A DNA stretch of 64,000 nucleotides, from NCBI RefSeq assembly GCF_009914755.1, contig NC_060944.1. The stretch is one strand, 5' to 3'. A program made the position numbers and the translations under genes. Positions within the stretch are counted from its first letter, which is position 1. Each line of letters starts with the position of its first letter. Positions 16,880-32,095 of this stretch are shown one piece after another. Origin of the DNA: the human T2T-CHM13v2.0 reference genome, Homo sapiens. The notes under the pieces were generated by a model that saw only the letters and a program-made list of their open reading frames with translations, had not been told where the DNA came from and did no database searches.

Positions 16880-17230
16880 CAGGTAATTATGTGAGAACAT
16901 GCGGAAATTTTCATATAATAAATCATATACCATTTATATAAAGTTTAAAATCAAGGAAAACTAAACAATGTACCATTTAGAGACATATAAAAGTGTGAAA
17001 AAGCTTTCAGGAAAAGCAGGGGGTAAACACAAAGTAAAGGAGGGAGAAAGCACAGTAGTAAGATCAGAGAGGCCCACATAGGGGCTTCAAACATATGGGT
17101 AATGGGCAATTTCTTAGGCTTGGTGGCAGGTCCACAGGTGTTCATTTTATTATTGTCCTTTATAACTTACAAATTTATTATGTCCTTCTTTTAAAAATAT
17201 ATTAAACATTTCATAGTAAAAGATGAAAAA
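16880..17230 (+). mobile_element. L1ME 3' fragment
   Basis: ataccattatataaagtttaaaatcaaggaaaactaaacaat ... caggtgttcattttattatt. Confidence 0.65.
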
Positions 17231-19023
17231 AAGGATAAAAGGGTAGCTGGACAAATGGAAGCAGGATCATGTACAAAAGTTAATTATCAGCATTATGAAC
17301 ACATCTGTTGATAGGAAAGAATCTGAAGTTATTCTCTGCATAAGGTGGGGTTAACTTAATGGCAAGGTAACAATTACATGTGTGCTCATCGCATAATCAG
17401 GCTCTGGATGAACTGTGGGCCTCAAATCTGTTTAGGATGAAGAACTCCAACACAAGCTTGGCACAAAAGCCACTGGTTAAACACACAGCCTCTTTTTACT
17501 TCTAAGAGCCCATATGCCTCCTATCCTGAATTGCTTAAGATTTTTCTATATGGAATCTGTTTTTCATTGATCGCCACATTCACTGCTTCCTACTGACCAC
17601 TCCCTGGCAGACACCCTTGAACTTCATAGGGTCTATCAGGCTCCCAACAACACATGTTTTGGTACAAGGTGCAAAACAGGAAATTAACCCATATACTAAG
17701 CTTGGCTGTTTATGCTATATATTTGCATATATTCTAATTACCTGTATCTAATTACAAGCTTAAAATGGTAAAGAACTCATTTTTTTCACCAGAAGACTTG
17801 GTTTGGTATGCCTGCCTTTGTTTATCCATTTATTAACCATACTATATACGGCAGCCTCAATAAAGCACTTCTGTAGAGGCCTGGAAAGCACATGTAATTG
17901 TACTTCAGCAGGTAAAAATACATTGGCTTATTTTTTCTCTAAAAGCAGAGAGAAAATTAATTCTTTTCAGCTGTTTCATTCCAGGGACAAGCATTTGCTT
18001 TGCGTTAAATCAGCGATTTGTAGGCTGGGCTTTGTCAGCATCTCATGATCTGGGGGTAGGAGGTGGCAGGATGGGTGTTGCAAACATGTTCACATCCAAA
18101 TTGTCCCTTTACAAGGCTATTTGCAGAGACTTTCCTCTGTGATCCCTTTAAACTGCCTCAAAATCATCTAGTTCTTGGATGCTCCTCATTATCCAACATT
18201 TCCAACCAATATTGTTTGTTTTTTTGTGAGCATGAGAATATTTTCTGTGATATTTCATTTTTCTGGAACAAGAGTCAACTTCTTTTAAAGTTTCTGCTAA
18301 ATCATCAATAAAGAAACTCCATTTGGCACCTAAATCATCCATCCAATAATTATTGGGAACCTATTAAGTTCAATATGACATGGCTTCTGCCCTCAAATAG
18401 TTCACAATCTGGTGGTATGATTCTTAGAAGCAGTGGAATTTTCCAGCGCCTGGAAAGATATTTCAAACCTCTATAGCCCCTGTGTGTGTCACTGGAGCTC
18501 AAAGACCTATGATTTATTCCTCTCAAATAACTGAGTTCAGAAAAAAGATTAAGAAGTGCTGGCCTATGAGAAGGGGCTAGGATGTGTCACAGTCATTGTT
18601 AGAAGGAATGTCAACTGCATGGTGCTAACAGAGCACAAGGAAAGAGCAAATTACCTGGGGTGAGGACTTCCAGAGGATTCGAAGAAGATTCACATTTGAT
18701 CAGGGTTTTAAAGACTTGTATTGGCCCAGAGCTTAGCACAGCAAGAGCATATGCAAGTTATTGCGGGAAAAAAATAACTCTTTGGAAGACCAAGTGATGT
18801 GGAGTGGCCAGAGTTGAGACATTGAGAATGAATGAAGAGAAAAACTAGTTGAACTCCATGAACATATACAATTATTACGATTATTTGTCAATTATTTTTT
18901 TTTTTTAAAAAGGACTAGTCAGAAATAACACTGAAAGCATATTCTGAGGTCAGATCAGGGGATGCCATTTCCCATCAAGTTAGGTAGCTCCCATTTGTGC
19001 TATAGGAAATTCACCAGCACAGG

Positions 19024-19084
19024 GTGTGTGTGAGTGTGTGTGTGTGTGTGTGTCTGTCTGTGTGTGTGCCTGTCTGTGTGTGTG
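19024..19084. repeat. (TG)n/(TCTG)n compound microsatellite
   Basis: Directly visible. Confidence 0.95.
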
Positions 19085-19647
19085 CTGCCTGCTGAAAAAT
19101 TAAAGGTAGAGAGCATTGAAGTAACAGTAAGAGATACATGTTTGTTTTTATTTTAGTATACATAAGAAGATTCAACATTTAGCTTAGACGTATAGTAAAC
19201 TAATTACATATACTTATGTCACTCTTGGGTTGAACAGTGTCCTTCTGATCTTGGGATTGGTGTGGCTCTCTAGGTCAGGTTCTCATTTTTGCCCTTTCTT
19301 CTTTCGGGAAGTCTTCTCTCCTGCCCCTGGTTTGGGACCCATGGCTATGTTCTCTGGGCCAGCTGCAGAGTTGTTATATAGAAAGAACTCTGGGAGCAAT
19401 AATGGAGACGGGACTGAGGGGACAAATAGAGGAAGAAAGGCTGGAGGTGAGGAGGCTAAGGAGGTGAGGGAAACTTGATTACAGACTGCAATGTAAAAGG
19501 ACACGCATCATATTTGTCCTAGAGGGTCCCCAAAAAGAGAATCAGGATCTACTGATGAAAACCAAAACCCAACAGCTGCCTAAAGATGGCAACAGAGCAT
19601 CTTGATTTGTCATTACAGCTCATTAGACGAAAGGGCTTAAAAAGTTT

Positions 19648-20190
19648 ATTAGTTATCTACTGCTACGTAATAAATTCTCTCAAAATGCGGTGGTTTAAGA
19701 CAGCAAACACTTATTATCTCAGTTTCTGTGGGTCAGAAATTCCACGGTGGCTTCATTGGGTGGTTCTTTAGCAGGGTCTCCGATGAGATTTCAGTCAAGA
19801 TGTTGCCATAGACTGCTGTCACCTGAAGGCTCACTCAGATCTCTGAGGCCGTTGGCAGGAAGCCCCGGTTCCTCAGAAGCAGCTGTTGGGAGGAAGTCGC
19901 AGTTTTTTGCGAAGTGGGCTTCCCCACAGTGCTGCTTGAGTGTCCTCATGACATGGCAGTTGGTCTCACCCAGAGGGAGTGATTCAACAGAGAGCCCAAG
20001 GAGGAAGCCACAATGCCTTTTTGACCTAGTCTCAGAAATCAGACACTTTCACTTCTGCCATAAATTTATTGGTTGGAAGCGAGTCTCTAGTGTTTGGCTC
20101 ACAGTCAAGGGCAGGGAAATTGAGTTCCACCTCTTGAAGGGAGGAGCATTCAACAAACTATGGACAAAGCACCTGTAACAAGGTCACACA
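19648..20190 (-). mobile_element. MLT1 (MLT1F/G/H-like) ERVL-MaLR solo LTR
   Basis: ttagttatctactgctacgtaataaatt ... acttattatctcagtttctgtgggtcagaaatt ... ccacctcttgaagggagg. Confidence 0.85.
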
Positions 20191-21063
20191 AGTGGACTTT
20201 GAAAGTTCCTTCATACCTGAGATTCTCCGATTCTATTCATGAATCAGTAGACAAAGGGCAAACCTCAAAAGTGTCTGTTACTTGAGTCATATCACCTTGG
20301 AAGCAGCCCACTGGAGCTCTGATAACTAATGTATTTGTCAAGAGGAAAGTCTACATAACGGCTTCCAGGAAACTCCATCAAGTGGCAATGAGGTTCGACT
20401 GAAAACTGCTTGTGTGGTGTAATGAGAACATTATTTACAATTTTGAGAAAAGAAAGTGGACACAGAAAAGGCTACAGTAGGAGATTGTGTGATTATATTA
20501 TTCTTGGGACCAAAAAAGTGATTAACAATACACAGCAGTTAAGTTTTTTTTTTTAATTTTGGAAATTGTTTTATTTGGATGTGTAGAAAAGAAAGACTTC
20601 TGAGCTTTCCTCGTTACTAGAAATTACTGAGCTCCAGAAGCCATGAGTTTATAGTTATACTCTTATGACAGTGAAAAAGTCATAAAGTCATGGGAAGTCA
20701 TGGTCCAAACACGAAGCAAATTAATTTATAGCCTGATTTGGAGCAACTGATAGAAAGGAGAATCCACTTGATCTTGATGACTGAAATAGTCCCCTTTTAC
20801 AGGCAGAGGTTTATGACAAACCCTGATCTTTATGGGTCCAATCTTCTGCTTCTAGGGTATGCAGTGAGCACTATTTATACTATAATCTTGATGCTGTTAA
20901 TGCTGGTTACTGACATTATTTAGAATCAATCCCTGATCAAACTATAGAGATAAGTACAGATATAAGAAGGCAAATGTTAATAATCATAACAACAATGGTA
21001 TTGTTGACAGAGGTTGAGGTGAGGTAGGAGAGTGAAGGAGGAAGAGAAAAGGAGAAAAGCGAA

Positions 21064-21487
21064 TGCTATAGGGTCTGAATGTTTGTTTCCTCCAAAATCC
21101 ATGTTGAAACCTATTCCCCAATACGGCAGTATTAAGATGTGGGACCCTGAAGAGGTGATTAGGTCTTAAGGACTCTGCCCTCATGAATGGATTAATATCT
21201 TCATAGATTAATGGGTTATCATGGGAGTGGAACTGGTGGTTTTATAAGAAGATGAAGAGAGACCTGAGCTAGCACACTTAGCCCCCTCACCATGTGACAT
21301 CAGTGTGCCCCTATGGGACTCTACAGATAGTCCCCGCCAGCAAGAAGGCCCTCATCACATGCAGCCCCTTGGCCTTGGACTTCTAAGCCTCCATGACTGT
21401 AAGAAATAAATTAATTTTCTTTACAAACTACTCAGATATTCTGTTAGTTTTAGGTATTCTGTTATAAGCAATAGAAACAGACTAACA
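21064..21487 (+). mobile_element. MST (MSTB1/C/D-like) MaLR solo LTR
   Basis: TG...CA termini: tgctatagggtctgaatgtttg ... agaaataaatt ... gaaacagactaaca. Confidence 0.9.
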
Positions 21488-22387
21488 GAAAACAGTGCAT
21501 GAACTTTCCTCAACTTATATAGTTGAAGTGGTGAGGAATGTTTGATAGACATTATATAAAGTTAATATATCAAGAAACAGTGTGCTAAAATACAATAAAA
21601 TTAAACATATTATTTCAAGTTAGAGTAGAATTCCAACAAAAATCAAGAAGGAAGGGAAGTGGGACATGGTGTGAGCTAAGTTTTTAACTTTTTCACAGCA
21701 AGGGGTCACAAGTTACTGACTAATCAAGAAATAGATGTGTGAGCACATTCTACAGAGTGAGGGTGTTTCCCGTGAGAATAACCAGAACCAAAGACTGACT
21801 GGTGGCTCTGGAAATGGAGTGTAAAAGGTGACTTTCACATCTTTGATTCCTGTCCTTCTATACTGTTTGAATTTACTTTGTTTCCTATCCTTCTATACTG
21901 TTTGAATTTATTTTCTTACCAAATACTTCACATTCATAACTTTTATAGAAAGTTCACATAATTGGTAGCATCTATAAGTTGACATTAGCCTATGTTCGCC
22001 AGGTTTTAGTAGATAAGCTTCATAAGCATCAACGCCTCCAGTTAATGAACGGCAAGGTTTCACTTATTTCATAAACTGGCACTTCACACTTAATGCTTCC
22101 TCTTGAAATAAAGAGTAGGAACCAGTTTATAAATCACTACATTGGTAATAAAAACTATATAACGTGAGCTAAAATACTATGACTTATCCTTAAATATGCA
22201 TTTCTGTACCACCAAAAATGAAAAGACAACCAAAAAGACATTACAGTTTTCAGGGTTAACACAAATGGGTAAGAGTCCAGGCTCAGCAAAGTACTGTGAT
22301 ACTCCTTTTTAGGAATAATCGATGAAACAATTTTAATGCCCCCCCCAACCCACCGCTGCCCAAACACTAGGGGTTATTCTTCTGAGG

Positions 22388-22716
22388 TTTTTTGTTTGTT
22401 TGTTTTACTATACTTTAAGTTCTGGGATACATGTGCAGAACGTGCAGGTCTGTTACATAGGTATACACGTGCCATGGAGGGCTTGCTACACCCATCAACC
22501 TGTCATCTACATTAAGTATTTCTCCTAATGCTATCCGTCACCTAGCCCCGCACCCCCTGACAAGCTCTGGTGTGTGATGTTCCCCTCTCTGTGTCGATGT
22601 GTTCTCACTGTTAAACTCCCAGTTATGAGTGAGAACATGTGGTGTTTGGTTTTCTGTTCCTGTGTTAAGTTTGCTGAGAATGATGGTTTCCAGCTTCATC
22701 CATGTCCCTGCAAAGG
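22388..22716 (-). mobile_element. L1PA (about L1PA7-8) 3' end, 5'-truncated, same sense as TASP1
   Basis: Revcomp of ORF2 end [16 protein letters not shown] plus 3'UTR; short TSD aggtttt. Confidence 0.95.
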
Positions 22717-23279
22717 TTTTATGTAAACCCCATGTCCATCCTCTGCTTATGTTTAAAACCAACCAGGTTGGGTTTAACTATCTAACTGGAAGAATATTCA
22801 AAGGATTCAACAACGATTAAGACACCAAAGAAGAAAACTAGTATTTGTCTTGGTTTAACAAAACATGACTGTTAAAAAGCACATCTCCTTGGAGGAACCT
22901 AGGTACTATGTGCAGAGGGTAGAAGGAGACAGTATGGCAAAAAAAAAAAAAAAAAAAAAATACAGCTGGTGGTTAGTGTCCAGGTGGAGAAAAAGGCCTT
23001 TTATATAAAGTGTAGTTTTTCTCTGAGGAATGAACAAAGAGATTTTATGAAAATGTTTTGGGCACCTATAGAAAAAGTATTTTTTATACCCATAAAAAAC
23101 ACACAGTCTTCTATTTTATAAACTATGAAGGGACGTGTACTATAGCAATCGACAACAATCACACAATATACATCAGGCACCACTCACGCTTTCTGTAAGG
23201 AAATTTATAGGAAGGGTTAAACTACCACAACCCCCGTGGATGACCTATAGTGTTTGTATTAAAAAAAAAAAAAAAAAAA

Positions 23280-23700
23280 CAGAAGAATGGACTAATACAC
23301 TGAGCTATCACCATACAGTAGAATATAACACAGCAATGAAAATGTACAAACTCCTACTGCATGTAACATTGTTGAATCTAACAAGCTTGAATGCTGACTG
23401 AAGATTAGACACAAGTGATACGTATTCCTGATTCTATTTATATAATACATAAAACCAGGCAGAACTAACCATGGTGTTAAAAGTGAGCATACTGTTTAAC
23501 TTTGGAGGGGATAAAGACCAGAAGGTGTCAAAAGGGGACTTCTGGGGTTGTGGCAAAGTTCTATTTTTTTTTTAATCTGCATGCTGGTTATAGGGGGTGG
23601 GTTCACTTTGTGATAATTCATCAAGCAGTTGCAGTTATGATTTGTAGACTTTTCTAAATGTATGTATGCTTCAGTTAAAAAGTTAACTTTAAAAAAATAA
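23280..23700 (+). mobile_element. L1ME/MD 3' end
   Basis: aagaatggactaatacactg ... gtgataattcatcaagc ... aaaaagttaac. Confidence 0.7.
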
Positions 23701-23964
23701 CAAATAGTGCCCCTGCTAGTGCATGTGTCACCTTTATGCAGATTTTTTTAATGTGTCCCCTCTGGAGAGATGGATTAGAAAAAGGCAACCCTGTGGTCAG
23801 CGGCAGCCCCACAACTCTGTGCCTTCACAGAGGGTGGGCTGGGTTTCATCCCCACTGGTGCTTGGGTAGAAACAAAACCACACATCTGGATGGAAATCTG
23901 CAAATCTGCGAAAATACTCATTTGACCCTCCCTCACCACAGCTTTATCAGGAGGCCAGGGCAGA

Positions 23965-24080
23965 TGTCCTTGTTTTACAGATGAGGAAGTAGCATGGAAC
24001 AGCAAGACCAATGCACGAAGGTGTCATGGTTAACGAGCCACGGAGCCAGGACTGACCTCTAAGGCCAGTAGCTCTTCACA
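23965..24080 (+). mobile_element. MIR SINE
   Basis: tccttgttttacagatgaggaag. Confidence 0.7.
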
Positions 24081-24462
24081 TGCTTCTCATTCCTTTTGGG
24101 GAAGGGGAACAGGAAGAAGCCTCTCTATTACTGTGTGCCTTGTTATGGGTCACCTCAAATGCTTTGTGGAATAAGATAGGACATGAATACAGGGTCCAAC
24201 ATTCTTAATACTGGACTTCAGTAAAGGTCCTTGGTTCTAAGCTTATTTGAAATATATTCTCTAAGCGTATACTTAAAAATGAACATTCATCTTTTACATG
24301 CTTATCTACGGAAAAAGATCAGTAGAACAGGGATGTTCAGATATCAATAAAGCATGCTGACCCTCCCGCAGTTTAAAATTATTGACTTAAGGGTATAAAT
24401 ATTTTCATTTTTTCTTGGAAAAAAAAATAGAAAGACACACACAATGTATATGTCTCACTTAC

Positions 24463-24573
24463 CTAGAAGTGTCTGCTTATTTTGGGAGGAGTCAGGCTCG
24501 GCAGAACATCTGCATGAACGGAGGACAATCACTCCGCCAAGCACGCCATCTTCACTGGCAAGGAAAGGTGAAC
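24463..24573 (-). CDS. TASP1: TASP1 internal coding exon (probably exon 12), 111 nt, phase 1-1
   Basis: Minus strand: acceptor cctttctgcctag|GTTCACC, donor CTTCTAG|gtaagt. Translates (S)SPFLASEDGVLGGVIVLRSCRCSAEPDSSQNKQTLL(V), recognised as Taspase 1 C-terminal sequence. Joins in frame to the 6867-6940 exon (G+TG = Val). Confidence 0.96.
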
Positions 24574-25704
24574 CTAGGCAGAAAGGACTAGTAGTTATTT
24601 TTCAGTGAATTTTACTTTTTAAATTTTCAATTTTCATTTGATTATTAGAACAAAAATGTGGCATGAATAAGAAAATGCCCATTTTCTGATAATCACCATT
24701 GTTCATACCTCATTATATACTTGATGGCAAAGGCAGGTTTATGCCTGAATAGGGGCCATTTGGCAAAGAAAATGCCACATGCTGTCAAGAAGATGTAAGT
24801 GGGGGAGGGAATGTGCATTACTGTATTCAGAATGGAATTGGAAATGCTACCAGATTAAAGGACCAAAACACAAATACAGGAAAAAATGCTCAATGACTCC
24901 CTTTGATCAACTCTTAGGGATCACTTACCACAGGCTCTCCCTGCTGTCAGGGACACACCACCAAAAGCTTCAGTTTACTACCTTAAATGCAATTTGAAAC
25001 AATAAGCCACAAACTTTATTATAAACATTTTTAAATGCTTCTGATGGTTCGCACAAATAAGGGTGAAACTGCATTTCTATGATGAGAGTCTGGTGGTTAG
25101 AAAGAGTTGGGCTTCCTTGAGATCTCACACACTGAACCATTGTGAACATTTCAAGAACATTATATTTTAAAACCCCTCATTTTTCTTGCCCAAGGACATC
25201 TTCTTCAAACATCTGGCATAGCAAGTGAGCACGTGGAAAATAAATGCAAAATTAACCCAAGAACTATCAAAGAGAGTAGTAAAAAATCAAAACCAATCAA
25301 ATTGGATTTGGTGGGAGCTTCTGCTTAAACTTACTATACTAAATACATGTATTTTTCTCCCTCCCTCTCCAAATCCTAGTGAACTGATGGGAAAGGAAGA
25401 AAGAAGCCATAGCCCAATAAGGGCAGAGAAAGAGGCAGACAAGGAAAAAACTGACCTTTTGGAAAACGGTAAGAAGACAGACAAGTGGTTGCTCACCTAG
25501 CAAACCCATGAAAGCTGAAACCTAAGTTTTCATGAGGCAGGGGAAAACTGGAGTGGAGGATACCCACAGGAAACCAAACCAGTTTTGCTGTAAAATGCAA
25601 AAAGGTTCAGAAATTGTAGGCTTCAAGATCCTCTGAAGGCAGGGGTACAGGGTAGAGAGGATAAAAGATGGTAGGTTGACAGTGTCCAAAAGAATCCTCT
25701 AGAC

Positions 25705-25891
25705 CAGAGGTTGTCCTGCTAAGAATGCCATTATTTTGTTTTGTTTTTAGTTTTTAAAGGGTTGTTTTAAAAAAAAAAAAAGGAGGAGGAGGAAGAGAAG
25801 GAAGACAACATGCCACAGAGACCGTGACACAGGCTGCAAGCCCATAATCTTTATTCTCTAGCTCTTTACAGAAAAACTTTGCCAACTCCTG
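25705..25891 (+). mobile_element. MER58-like hAT-Charlie MITE, partial
   Basis: 3' end ctctttacagaaaaactttgccaactcctg flanked by ctag target-like sites. Confidence 0.7.
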
Positions 25892-26430
25892 ATCTAGAAC
25901 AGGAGATCAGAACTGCAATTCCTTTCCAAAAAGGAAGTGACTCCTCCCTAACGCTGAAGAAGCCAGGATATTTACTCTCTAAAGAAGGTGAACTAGAGAG
26001 TTGAGACTTGGGAGCATCAGGGTTAGCCCAGGGCAGGAAAGAGGCTACACACTGAAAACAGGGAGCTGAGGTGTAAGTCTTTATGCTAAACAGTGAAATA
26101 ACCAGCTCCCAGGATGCAAGAAATCAAGCTGATATCCTCCAAGAAGAGACTGGATAACCCCTTTCCAGCAACGCAGCCAACTCAAGACTAACGACCTACT
26201 TGAGAGACACCCCCAAGAAAACGTGTCCTCGACTTAGGGTAAGAGCTTCAAGATGACAAGTATGACTCATACACTAAAGGTTTTTAGTTCGGCTTAGCGT
26301 TTAACTATTAAATAGTTAATACCAAACAGTTGGTATTTAACTATTAAAGAGTACAGACAATCTAGGATTATTAGTTGTTTTAGTTAGGCCTCTGTTTTAG
26401 GAAAGACAGAGACCAAAAGAAATAAAATAG

Positions 26431-28870
<2,440 letters not shown>

Positions 28871-30159
28871 ACAATGAGAACACATGGACACAGGAAGGGG
28901 AACATCACACACCGGGGCCTGTTGTGGGGTCGGGGGAGTGGGGAGGGATAGCATTTGGAGATATACCTAGTGTTAAGTGACGAGTTACTGGGTGTAGCAC
29001 ACCAACATGGCACATGTATACATATGTAACTAACCTGCATGTTGTGCACATGTACCCTAAAACTTAAAGTATAATTAAAAAAGAAAAAAGAAACAAAAGA
29101 GTAACACAGGGAAAATTTGGGCAAGTGTCCTGAGCAGAAGAAAAGTAAAACAAAACAACAACAAAAAAATTAAAAAGATGAAAAATGAGTCAAAAATATA
29201 AGAAAATCATAAAGCTAGGCCAGAATTATCCAATATGTGAATAACAGGAGTTTTAGAAAGAGAGACTAGAAAAAATAAAAGGAGTAAAATTTCAAAGAAA
29301 TAATTCAAAAACATTTCCAAGAATTGAAGATGAGTGTTCAAACTGAAAAGGTCCATCAACCTCCCCGTACAACTCATGAAAAAGGGGCCCCACGAAGATT
29401 TAACACTATGAAATATTAAAATACTAAGAAAGGAGAGAAGGGTCTAAAAACTTTCAAATGGGAAGAAAAGATCACATGGAAAGCAATGGTATTACAGTGG
29501 CATCAGATTTCTCAACAACAGCAACACCTGAAGCTAAAAGATGATGAGGCACTATCTTCAAAATGCTGAGGAAAAATTATTTCCAACCTAGAATTCTATA
29601 TTCAGCCAAAAGGTCAATAAAGTATGAAAGTGGAATAAAGCTCTACAAAGTCTCAAAGAGATTACCTCCCATGCATTCTTTCTCAGAAAGCTACAGGATG
29701 AATGTTCCTTGACAGAATGAAGAAGGGAGGTAAATAATGAGGAAGAAAATAAGATCTGGATACAGAGGATCCAAAACAAGAGAAGATAATGGGATTCCAG
29801 ATGACACAGCTATGCATCAAGCTGAGAGAGCAAACTGTCCAAATTGGAGCATGAAGCCAGAAGAGGCCAGGAAAGGTAATTCTAAGGGGAGGGAAAAATA
29901 AACTGACTGAATACATGTTGGTTTGAAATTACTGAGAGAAAATGTTTCAGATTTTGAGGAAAGTTTGGAGATGAAAGAGTGACTATTACCAAAAAAATAA
30001 TAAGACTTGTACAAGAAATGAAATGGAATCACAGTATACTATGTAGTTAGGATGTGAATAGCTAGAGTAAACAAATATAAACTCTCATACTGATAAGCTA
30101 AAAAAAAAAAAGAGGGAGAAATATAATACACTGAGAGAAGTTTAATTTTCAGAACCACC

Positions 30160-30250
30160 TGCCATGAGACATTTTATTATCATTTACAGATGAAGAACCT
30201 GAGTTTCAGAGAGGTTCAATGACTTGCTACAGCCATGCTATAGTTGAGTA
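30160..30250 (+). mobile_element. MIR SINE
   Basis: tttacagatgaagaacctgagtttcagagaggttcaatgacttgc. Confidence 0.8.
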
Positions 30251-30664
30251 GGAAATATGGCTTCCCCCAGCATCTTCTGTGCCATGATCCTTGCTTCATT
30301 TGTAGCAATGCCTCTCAGGTAACACAAAAATCTCTGAATAACCTCAAAATGCAACTGTGTGCTGGAAACCTCCATCCCAGCAGTACTCAAACATGGCACC
30401 TCTACAACTGTTCCTTTTACCACCAAATCCAGAAACTTCTTCTGGGCTCCTATAGCTCATCTAAGCTCAAAATCCTTTACCTCTTCCCTCTCCAACAAGT
30501 CAACACTTCAAACCATGTCAAATCTGTTAGTTCTCCCTATTACCTCATTTTTGCCTGCCCCCTCCCTTCATTCCCACTGACAAGACCCTCAATGTATTCT
30601 CATTGTCCAAGAAACCCTGCAACTAGCTCCAATATGGCCTCCTGCTCTAGTCATTCAAATCGCT

Positions 30665-31300
30665 AAATTAATTAATTCAATAAAAATGTACTAAGTGCCA
30701 GGACTCTTCCAGGCATTGGGGATACAGAAGTGAACAAAGCCCCTGCATACATCTAGTTGAGCAGCTTGGGGGACAAGTATTAAACTCACAAACCAATATG
30801 GAAATCCACCCAATAGCAGTAAGTGCTATGAAGAAAATGAACCAGGTAAATGATGGAGAGTGTCACTGGGGCTGAGCCTTGTCTACATTAAAGAGCAAGA
30901 AGGCCTCTTTTGGTAAGGAGCTAACCATGTGATAATCTGAGGAAAGACCATTCCAGGCAGATCAATCAGCAAATGCAGAGACTCTGAGGTGAGGGAGGGT
31001 CAGGGAAGAGAGGATAGAACATGCTTTCAAGAGAGAGGCAGGGCCAGGTCACAGACAGTGATAACATTTATCTGGACTTGTAAAAGTTACTTAGCTGTGC
31101 AGAATGTAGTGGCAAGGCAAGCATAAAAGCAACAAGCCACTAAAGAAGCTGCTGTGGCAGCCCAGTTGAGAGATGACAGTGGCTTGGGTGAGCCTTGTGA
31201 CAGTGGAGGCTGTCTACAGAAGCTGGGTCTGCAATATATTCTGCAAGTAGAACTAATAGAGTTGTTGATGGAAGGGACATGAGAGGCATGGGAAACAGAG
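30665..31300 (-). mobile_element. L2 fragments
   Basis: Antisense L2 3' end attcaataaaaatgtactaagtgccagg ... ccattccaggcaga. Confidence 0.7.
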
Positions 31301-31672
31301 ACTTCAAAGTTTACTGTAAAAAGAGATATGCATCCCAGCCATGGCCATATCATTAAACAACTGAAAAACCTGTAATAGCTCCCAACTGCCTGTAGAATGA
31401 TGCCCAAATTCCTTAGTCTGGCGTAGCCTTTCTTATCCTTCCCAATCTTATCACCCTGTTTATTTTACACATCATTTGTACTTCCCAAACTCCACTCCCC
31501 TAAGATTTCCCCCTGGGCCCACTGTTGTGAACTGTCCTTCCTGGCTCCCTTTCCCCCCATAAACTGAGTCTGTTCTTTAACTCCAGTGCCTTTTATACAG
31601 ATCCAGACTTTCTGGGGTAAAGGTATTTGATTTACCTTTAAAGCCCCCTAGTGATTAGCAAAACAATTCCAC

Positions 31673-31750
31673 CACACACACACATACACAGACACACAGA
31701 CACAGACACAGACACAGACACACACACACACACACACACCACACACATAC
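31673..31750. repeat. (CA)n/(CACAGA)n microsatellite
   Basis: Directly visible. Confidence 0.95.
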
Positions 31751-31804
31751 TCCTGCCTACATCACTGAAGTGTGGCAAAGAGAATGGCAAGAAAGAAGAG
31801 AATG

Positions 31805-32095
31805 ATCCCAGCACTTTGGGAGGCCAAGGTGGGTGGATCACAATGTCAGGAGTTCAAGACCGTCTTGGTCTTGAAGGCCAAGATAATGAAACCCTGTCTC
31901 TACTAAAAATACAAAAATTAGCCTGGCATGGTGGTGGGTGGCTGTAATCCCAGCTACTCAGGAAGCTGAGGCAGAGAATTGCTTGAACCCCGGAGGTGGA
32001 GGTTGCAGTGAGCCGATATCGTGCCCCCGCCCTCCAGCCTGGGCAACAGAGCAAGACTCTGTCTTTAAAAACAAACAAACAAACAAACAAAAAAA
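31805..32095 (+). mobile_element. AluS(c-like), 5'-truncated, (CAAA)n tail
   Basis: Starts atcccagcactttgggaggcc; TSD gagaatg. Confidence 0.95.

Noticed and set aside
19747-20178. 143-aa ORF
   Set aside because: Wholly inside an MLT1 LTR.
22939-22960. Isolated poly(A) runs (also ~23261-23279) as processed-pseudogene tails
   Set aside because: No upstream retrocopy body or convincing TSD seen.
30244-30666. 140-aa ORF
   Set aside because: Pyrimidine-rich, probably L2-derived; no domain.
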